The notes under the pieces: model-generated
Told to the model about the DNA's origin: nothing
Databases searched by the model: none
Seen by the model: only the letters and a program-made list of their open reading frames with translations
In this document: piece by piece, positions 58,147-64,000 of the stretch
How positions within the stretch are numbered: position 1 is the stretch's first letter
Layout: each line of letters begins with the position of its first letter
Position numbers and translations under genes: made by a program
Assembly (NCBI GenBank): GCA_036381155.1
Contig: DASVDJ010000035.1
Span: 73,755 to 137,754, forward strand
DNA length: 64,000 nt
Direction: 5' to 3'
Source: Vicinamibacterales bacterium
GTDB lineage: Bacteria > Acidobacteriota > Vicinamibacteria > Vicinamibacterales > JAENWD01

Positions 58147-59466
58147 CTACAGGGCCAGGAGCGCGGCGATCGACTCGTCGTACCCGGACGGCTCGTGAAC
58201 CGGCTGGCGCAGGAACGCCTCCACCGCGTCCCGCTTCCCCAGCGCTTCGTCGACGCGCGCGGAGCTGCCGGGCACATAGGCGCCGACGCTCACGAGGTCC
58301 TCGCTGTCGCGCAGTGTCGACAGCCACCCTCGCACCTGTCCGGCCTTCGTCCGGTGCTCGACACCGGTGACGTCGGGCATCGTCCGGCTGACGCTCTGGA
58401 GGATGTCGATGGCCGGGTAGTGATTCCGCGCGGCCAGATCGCGCGAGAGCACGACGTGGCCGTCGAGAATGCCGCGCACCGCGTCGGCGATCGGCTCGTT
58501 GGTGTCGTCGCCGTCGACGAGCACGGTGTAGAGACCCGTGATGCTGCCGCGCCCGCGGACGCCGCCCGCGCGTTCGAGAAGCCCGGGCAGCATGGCGAAG
58601 ACGGAGGGCGGATACCCCTTCGCGGTCGGCGGCTCGCCTGCGGCCAGACCGATTTCACGCTGCGCCATCGCGAAGCGCGTCACCGAGTCCATCATCAGCA
58701 GCACGCTCTTGCCCTGGTCGCGGAAGTACTCGGCGATGGCCGTGGCCGCGTAGGCCGCGCGGATGCGGACGAGCGGCGGGTTGTCGGAGGTCGAGGCGAC
58801 CACCACGGACCGCTTCAGCCCCTCGGGGCCGAGGTCGTGTTCGAGGAAGCCGCGCACCTCGCGCCCGCGCTCGCCGATGAGCCCGATGACGGCGATGTCC
58901 GCCGACGTCGATCGCGCCATCATCCCGAGCAGCGTGCTCTTGCCGACGCCGGATCCGCCGAACAGGCCCAGGCGCTGTCCGCGCCCGCATGTGAGCAGGC
59001 CGTCGATGGCGCGCACGCCCGTCCCGAGCGGTGTGGTCACGCCCTCACGGTCCAGCGGGTTGAGTGGCGGCGGATAGAGCGGGTACTGCTCGCGGACGTC
59101 GATGTCGCCAAGCCCGTCGAGCGGCCGGCCGAGCCCGTCGATCACGCGGCCGAGCAGCCCCGGGCCGACCGGAATCGACGAGACGCGCCCGCGCGAGACG
59201 ATCCGGTCGCCGGGACGGATGCCCGCCGTGGTCCCGAGCGGCACCGTGAGCAGCGTGTTCTCGCGGAAGCCGACGACTTCCAGCGGCAGCGGCGGCGTGT
59301 CGGCGTCGCCCACCAGCTCGCAGATCTCGCCGACGCGGGCGCGCGGCCCGCGCGACTCGACGACCAGCCCCACGGTCCGGATCACCCGGCCCGTGACCGG
59401 GAGCGGGTCGGCGCGCTCCAGGCGCGCGCGGAACCGTTCGAGCGAGATCACGGTCGCCGGGCTCAT
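58147..59466 (-). CDS. fliI: Flagellum-specific ATPase FliI
   Basis: 439 aa from ATG 59466. Walker A GGSGVGKSTLLGMM, Walker B VLLMMDSVTRFA, F1-ATPase-like fold. Confidence 0.95.
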   Translation of the reverse strand: MSPATVISLERFRARLERADPLPVTGRVIRTVGLVVESRGPRARVGEICELVGDADTPPLPLEVVGFRENTLLTVPLGTTAGIRPGDRIVSRGRVSSIPVGPGLLGRVIDGLGRPLDGLGDIDVREQYPLYPPPLNPLDREGVTTPLGTGVRAIDGLLTCGRGQRLGLFGGSGVGKSTLLGMMARSTSADIAVIGLIGERGREVRGFLEHDLGPEGLKRSVVVASTSDNPPLVRIRAAYAATAIAEYFRDQGKSVLLMMDSVTRFAMAQREIGLAAGEPPTAKGYPPSVFAMLPGLLERAGGVRGRGSITGLYTVLVDGDDTNEPIADAVRGILDGHVVLSRDLAARNHYPAIDILQSVSRTMPDVTGVEHRTKAGQVRGWLSTLRDSEDLVSVGAYVPGSSARVDEALGKRDAVEAFLRQPVHEPSGYDESIAALLAL

Positions 59467-60155
59467 GCCGCGTCCCGCGCCTCCTCCTCGCCGAGCAGCG
59501 CCTGCGCGACGTGGTCGAACTGCGCCTCGACGCTCGCGTCCACCTGGCCGAACTCCGACTCGACGATGCAGCCGCCGCGGGGAACGGACGGATCCGCCAG
59601 GACCGCGACGCGCGAGCCGGCCCACTGATCGCCATGCCGCTGCGCCGTCGCGGCGTAGTCCTCGGGATTGAGGCGGATGGTGGCACTGCCCTGCTCGCCC
59701 ACGCGGTCGAGCGCCACGCGGGCCATCGCGACGAGCAGATCCTGATCGAACGACGCTTCGCGGCGCAGAATCTTGCGCGCGATCGCCAGGGCCAGCTCCA
59801 CCATCTGCGTTTCGGTCTGCCGGAGCAGGGTCGTGCGCAGCGATCGCAGCTCGTCGAGAGTCTGGGCCAGGCGCCGGAGCATCGCCTCCGCGCGGGTCTT
59901 GCCCGCTTCGAGCCCGGCGCGCTCGCCCGCTTCATATCCGCGGGCGAACGCCTCGCGCTCGATCGCGGCCAGGCGTTCCTGGTGCGCCGCCCGGAGCTCC
60001 TCGTCGGACACCACCGGCGCCGGTGCGGGCGGTGCCGCTTCCTCGGCGGTCGGGGCCTCGGGCTCGGGCGCTGGAGGCGGCTGGACGGGCGGCACGCTGC
60101 CCCAGACGAACGGCTGCGCGTCGGCGCCCTGGAGCCGTCGCGCGCTAGACGACAT
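59463..60155 (-). CDS. fliH: Flagellar export protein FliH
   Basis: 230 aa. A central charged coiled coil and a C-terminal GGCIVESEFGQVDASVEAQ. ATGA overlap with fliI. Confidence 0.8.
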   Translation of the reverse strand: MSSSARRLQGADAQPFVWGSVPPVQPPPAPEPEAPTAEEAAPPAPAPVVSDEELRAAHQERLAAIEREAFARGYEAGERAGLEAGKTRAEAMLRRLAQTLDELRSLRTTLLRQTETQMVELALAIARKILRREASFDQDLLVAMARVALDRVGEQGSATIRLNPEDYAATAQRHGDQWAGSRVAVLADPSVPRGGCIVESEFGQVDASVEAQFDHVAQALLGEEEARDAA

Positions 60156-61170
60156 ACGTCTCCCCGGCCGCGGCGCCGGTCACGATCAGCCCCTCTTCCT
60201 CGAGCTTGCGCGCAACGGCCACGACCTCCTGCTGCGCCTTCTCGACCTCGCGCAGGCGGATGGCGCCGAGCACCTCCATCTCCTCCTTCAGCATCTCCGT
60301 GGCGCGCTTGGACATGTTGCTGAAGAAGCGCTGGCGGATCTCCTCCGTGGCGCCCTTGAGGGCGATGGTCAGCACCTTCTTGTCGACGCGCTGGATGATC
60401 TCGCGGAGCCCCTGGTCCTCGACGTTGACGAGATCGTCGAACACGAACATCAGGTTGCGGATCGTCACCGCGAGCTCCGGCGACTCCTGCTCGATCGTCT
60501 CGAGCACGGGCTGGCTCACGGCGCGGTCGAGACGGTTGAACAGCTCCGCGACGGCGCGGACGCCGCCGTAGGACTCGCGCTGCGGTCCGCCGAGCGTCTT
60601 CAGCCGCTGGTCGATCACGGAGGAGATGCTGCGGATCACCTCCGGCGAGATCTCCTCCAGGTTGGCCATGCGGGTCAGGACGTCGGCGCGCATGTCCTCC
60701 GGCAGCAGCGTCACGAGCTGCGCCGCGTTGCTGGCGTTCAGGTGCGCCAGGATGAGCGCGATGGTCTGCGGATGCTCGCCGAGGATGAACTTCGACAGCT
60801 GCTGCGGGTCCGCCTTCTCGAGCGCCGAGAAGCCGGCGGTCGACTCGAACGAGCGCAGCACGCGGTCGAGAATCCGGCGTGCCGTGTCCGGGCCGAGCGA
60901 CTTCAGCAGCAGCGCCCGGGCGAACTCGACGCCGCCGCGCATGATGTAGCTGGCGGCCTTGAACATCAGGTGGAACTCCTCGAGCACCTTCTCCCCGATG
61001 TCGGGCTCCACCGACCCGAGCGACGCCACCTCCTTCGTGATGCGCTCGATCTCGTCCTCGCGCAGATGCTTGAAGATCTGCGCCATCTGTTCTTCGCCGA
61101 GCAGCAGCGCGAGCACCGCGGCCTTGCGGGCGCCCGGCAGCGGCGCGTTGGCGACCACCGTTCCCCGCAT
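60145..61170 (-). CDS. fliG: Flagellar motor switch protein FliG
   Basis: 341 aa from ATG 61170, sharing 1 nt with the fliF stop. GARKAAVLALLLGEEQMAQIFKHL, MFVFDDL, EVVAVARKLEEEG. Confidence 0.93.
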   Translation of the reverse strand: MRGTVVANAPLPGARKAAVLALLLGEEQMAQIFKHLREDEIERITKEVASLGSVEPDIGEKVLEEFHLMFKAASYIMRGGVEFARALLLKSLGPDTARRILDRVLRSFESTAGFSALEKADPQQLSKFILGEHPQTIALILAHLNASNAAQLVTLLPEDMRADVLTRMANLEEISPEVIRSISSVIDQRLKTLGGPQRESYGGVRAVAELFNRLDRAVSQPVLETIEQESPELAVTIRNLMFVFDDLVNVEDQGLREIIQRVDKKVLTIALKGATEEIRQRFFSNMSKRATEMLKEEMEVLGAIRLREVEKAQQEVVAVARKLEEEGLIVTGAAAGETYVV

Positions 61171-62828
61171 CAGCGCCTCTCGTCCTCCGCCAGCCACGCG
61201 CGCAGCAGCTTGGCCGCCGATTCCGGTTCCTCCTGCACGAGCGCGTTGGCCTTCTTCGTGAGCAGCGGCACCCTGGCCGTCTCCAGCCGCCGCTGCTCGA
61301 CCGCCGCGTTCAGCTGCGCCTCGAGCTCCCCTTCGAGATCCTCGACGGTCTTCAGCTGCGCGACGCCCTCGCCGGCCGCGGCGGGCAGCACCTGCGGCCC
61401 GCGGGCGGCGAGCACCATCGGCCGCAGCACGAAGAACACCGCCGCGAGCGCCAGCAGCAGCACGCCCAGCACGCGCGCGCCCTCGCCGAGCGCCGGCCCG
61501 TACTGCTCCACAAAGCCCGGCTCGGCCGGCGCCTCGGGGACGGGACTCTCGAACGCGATGTTCTCGACCGTCAGCTGGTCACCGCGCTCCGGATCGAGGC
61601 CGATGGCCGCCGCCACCAGGCCGTGAATCTTCTGCAGCTCGTCGGGCGCGCGCGGCTTCGTGCTCCGCACGACCGTCCCGTCCTCCTGCGTCGTCGTCAC
61701 CACCTCGTCGTCGAGGATGACGGCCACCGAGAGCCGCGCGATGTCGCCCGCCGGCTTCACGGTGTGGCGCGTGACGCGGCTGATCTCGTAGTTGGTCGTC
61801 TCGCTCGTGCGCGTGCCGCCGGCGAGCAGGGCCTGCGCCTGCGGCACCGTCGCGGGAGGCACGCCTTCCTCGTCGGCCGGGGGCGGCAGGTTCGCGCGCG
61901 CGCCCGCCACCGCGCCGACGGCAGGACCGGTCAGGCCTTCGCTGCTCGTCTGCCGGCTGCGCACCACCGGCTCGGGATCCCAGGTCTCCTCGGTCCGTTC
62001 CTCGCTCGCGGCCGACAGCCGCACGGCGACGTTCACGCGCACGCGGCCGGGCCCGGCCACCGGTTCCAGCAGGGAGACCAGCTGCTCGGTCATCTCCCGC
62101 TCGAGCGTGCGGCGGCGTTCACCCTGCAGCCCGCCGAGCGGGCCGTCATCATCATCGGCCGGCGGGCGCGACAGCGGCCGGCCGTAGCTGTCCATCACGA
62201 CCACGGCCTCCGGGCGCAGTCCTTCGACGCTGGCGGCCACGAGGTTCGTGATCCCGGCAATCGTCGCCGGCGACAGCGGCCGGTTCGGATTGCGGAGCTT
62301 CAGGATCACCGACGCCTTCGCGGGTTGCTCGCGCGACCCGAACAGCGACTCGCGGGCCATGGCGATGTGCAGGCGGGCGCCGGCGACCTCCGAGATCGTC
62401 GCGATCGTCCGCGCGATCTCCCCCTCGAGCGCGCGCCGGTAGTTGACCTGTTCGAGGAACTCCGTCTGCCCGAACGCGGTGCGGTCGAAGATCTCGAAGC
62501 CGATCCGCCCCGAGCTCGGCAGGCCGTCGGCGGACAGATCAAGACGGAGGCGATCGACGACCGTCGACGGCACGCGGATGCCCCGGCCGCCGGGATCGAG
62601 GCGGTAGTCGACCTTCTGGGCCTCCAGCCGGGCCACCACTTCGGCGGCAGCGGCCTGGTCCATGTCTTCGAACAACAGCACGTACGTGGGCCGGCTCACC
62701 CACCAGGCGGTTCCGCCCACGAGCGCGACGACGGCCACGAAGGCCGCCGCCAGCGAGATGAGCTGCCGGGTGGTCAGGGAGGCGCCGAGCGCCTTCAACC
62801 GGGTGACGAGAGACTCGAACGTCGGCAT
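61170..62828 (-). CDS. fliF: Flagellar MS-ring protein FliF
   Basis: 552 aa. An N-terminal TM helix, VLLFEDMDQAAAAEVVARLEAQKVDYRL, RRALEGEIARTI and a C-terminal FliG-binding tail. Confidence 0.93.
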   Translation of the reverse strand: MPTFESLVTRLKALGASLTTRQLISLAAAFVAVVALVGGTAWWVSRPTYVLLFEDMDQAAAAEVVARLEAQKVDYRLDPGGRGIRVPSTVVDRLRLDLSADGLPSSGRIGFEIFDRTAFGQTEFLEQVNYRRALEGEIARTIATISEVAGARLHIAMARESLFGSREQPAKASVILKLRNPNRPLSPATIAGITNLVAASVEGLRPEAVVVMDSYGRPLSRPPADDDDGPLGGLQGERRRTLEREMTEQLVSLLEPVAGPGRVRVNVAVRLSAASEERTEETWDPEPVVRSRQTSSEGLTGPAVGAVAGARANLPPPADEEGVPPATVPQAQALLAGGTRTSETTNYEISRVTRHTVKPAGDIARLSVAVILDDEVVTTTQEDGTVVRSTKPRAPDELQKIHGLVAAAIGLDPERGDQLTVENIAFESPVPEAPAEPGFVEQYGPALGEGARVLGVLLLALAAVFFVLRPMVLAARGPQVLPAAAGEGVAQLKTVEDLEGELEAQLNAAVEQRRLETARVPLLTKKANALVQEEPESAAKLLRAWLAEDERR

Positions 62829-62850
62829 GGGTTCCGCGCCGGATCACGTC

Positions 62851-62870
62851 GGGCCCGCCGCGGCGGGCCC
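62851..62870 (-). other. GC palindrome between fliE and fliF
   Basis: GGGCCCGCC-gc-GGCGGGCCC (9 bp arms) in the 46-nt fliE-fliF spacer. Confidence 0.35.
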
Positions 62871-62874
62871 GGCG

Positions 62875-63165
62875 CTACACCGGCATCCGCATCACTTCCT
62901 GGTACGCCTGCAGCAGCTTGTTGCGCACCTGCACCGTGAGCTGCAGCGTCATCTCGGCGCGCTGCAGCGCAATCATCGCGTCGTGCACGTCGCCCTGGCC
63001 GTCGAGCATTGCCGAGACCCTGCTGTTCGCCTCGGCGTTCGAGCGCTCGGTCGACTCGAGCAGCCGCTGCAGCGCCTGCGTGAACCGGCTGCCGGCGGCC
63101 GCCTGGGCGCCGGCGGCCGACGCCGGCAGCGCGGCCGTGATGCCGCTCAGCGGATCGAGTGCCAT
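62875..63165 (-). CDS. fliE: Flagellar hook-basal body protein FliE
   Basis: 96 aa. DVHDAMIALQRAEMTLQLTVQVRNKLLQAYQEVMRM is the FliE C-terminal pattern. Confidence 0.85.
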   Translation of the reverse strand: MALDPLSGITAALPASAAGAQAAAGSRFTQALQRLLESTERSNAEANSRVSAMLDGQGDVHDAMIALQRAEMTLQLTVQVRNKLLQAYQEVMRMPV

Positions 63166-63168
63166 CGG

Positions 63169-63603
63169 TTAGGCCCTCCCGAGATCCAGCGCGCGCTGGA
63201 CCATGTCGCGAATGAGGTTGATTGCCGTGAGGTTCGCCTGGTAGGCGCGCGCGGCGCTGAGCATGTCGACCATCTCTTCGGCCGGATCGACGTTCGGCAG
63301 CGCGACGTAGCCCTCGGCGTCGGCGTCGGGATGTGACGGCTCGTAACGGCGCCGCGGCGCCGTCGTGTCCTCGACGATCGCCGCCACGCGCACGCCCGTC
63401 GCGGTCGCGCGCCCCAGCGCCCGGTCGAAGCTGTCGACGGGCGCCGTCTGCAGCACGACGTCGCGCCGGCGGTACGGCCCGCCGTCCGCGCTGCGCGTCG
63501 ATTCGATGTTGGCGAGGTTCGAGACGGCCACCTCGATGCGCGCACGCTCGGCGGCAAGCGCGCTGGCAGCGGCCTCGACGGCGGCTCGGAGCGGAGATGC
63601 CAT
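63169..63603 (-). CDS. flgC: Flagellar proximal rod protein FlgC
   Basis: 144 aa. RIEVAVSNLANIESTR, YVALPNVDPAEEMVDMLSAARAYQANL. Confidence 0.92.
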   Translation of the reverse strand: MASPLRAAVEAAASALAAERARIEVAVSNLANIESTRSADGGPYRRRDVVLQTAPVDSFDRALGRATATGVRVAAIVEDTTAPRRRYEPSHPDADAEGYVALPNVDPAEEMVDMLSAARAYQANLTAINLIRDMVQRALDLGRA

Positions 63604-63616
63604 CTATGCCTCCGTC

Positions 63617-64000
63617 TCAGCGCCCGTCGTTGAGCGCATAGCGCACCAGCCGGAACTTCGCCGCGAGCGCGGTCTGCGCGGCCGCGAAGTCCCCCGAGGC
63701 GCGCGTCATCGCCAGCAGCTCGCGGTCGACCTGCACGTTGTTGCCGTCGCGCCGCGACGGCAGCCCCCGCGCCTCGGTGACAGTGGCCGGTTCGGCCGGC
63801 GCTCCGGCGAGATGCCCCGGATGCGTCGCGCGCATCGCGGCCGCCGGCGCGAGCTGGCCGTCGAGCGCGTCGGCGAACGACACCTCGCGCGCGCGGTACC
63901 CGGGCGTGTTGAGGTTCGCGAGGTTGCCGGCCGCCACGACCTGCTTCGCCGCCGCCAGCGACAACTGCCGGCGCAGCGCGTCGATGATCGTCGCGTCGTC
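63617..64000 (-). CDS. flgB: Flagellar proximal rod protein FlgB (5' end beyond window)
   Basis: The frame stays open to the window edge: ...IIDALRRQLSLAAAKQVVAAGNLANLNTPGYRAREVSF...DGNNVQVDRELLAMTRAS. The true start lies a few codons outside the window. Confidence 0.88.
   Translation of the reverse strand, partial: DDATIIDALRRQLSLAAAKQVVAAGNLANLNTPGYRAREVSFADALDGQLAPAAAMRATHPGHLAGAPAEPATVTEARGLPSRRDGNNVQVDRELLAMTRASGDFAAAQTALAAKFRLVRYALNDGR

Noticed and set aside
1-64000. A search by eye for rRNA, tRNA, CRISPR arrays, transposases/integrases, phage genes, toxin-antitoxin pairs or defence systems
   Set aside because: None was recognised. Every non-coding gap is shorter than about 250 nt and is explained by promoters, leaders or hairpins. 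Without a scanning tool, small RNAs cannot be excluded.

Overview
This is a high-GC (about 70%) bacterial chromosomal segment that is almost fully coding and is dominated by one large motility supercluster. The left edge carries leucine biosynthesis: the leuC 3' end, leuD, a divergent LysR-type regulator, a short leuA and leuB. From about 4.9 kb to the right edge nearly every gene is flagellar or chemotactic:
- a sigma-28-type operon, motA-motB-cheA-cheW-cheR-cheD-cheY-cheX-cheB, with no MCP gene in the window;
- a REC-HD-GYP regulator followed by a tiny DHp-only ORF;
- a pseudaminic-acid-type nonulosonic-sugar operon (candidate flagellin glycosylation island) that also carries flbD and a second motAB stator;
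- two glycosyltransferase-like genes, one of them frameshifted at a G8 tract;
- two tandem short flagellin genes with sigma-28-type promoters and CsrA-type leader hairpins;
- fliD-fliS and the fliW-csrA pair;
- long minus-strand operons for hook-associated proteins, P/L rings, rod, switch, fliA/flgM, the export gate (fliOPQR, flhBA, flhF), the ATPase complex, the hook (flgD, flgE, fliK), the MS ring and the proximal rod. flgB is cut by the window end.

Genes are packed with many ATGA, GTGA and TGATG start-stop overlaps. I saw no rRNA, tRNA, CRISPR array or transposase. Many long ORFs in the supplied track are antisense shadows typical of high-GC DNA, and many real genes start downstream of the longest-ORF start.

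The leads I rate highest are:
- a stand-alone protein with two tandem MshEN-type c-di-GMP-binding motifs inside the flagellar operon;
- the sigma-28-driven HD-GYP regulator with a translationally coupled DHp-only mini-ORF;
- a homopolymeric G8 frameshift in a glycosyltransferase next to the flagellin genes;
- paired GGA-loop hairpin plus Shine-Dalgarno leaders on both flagellin genes.

All family assignments come from reading motifs by eye. No database search was run.
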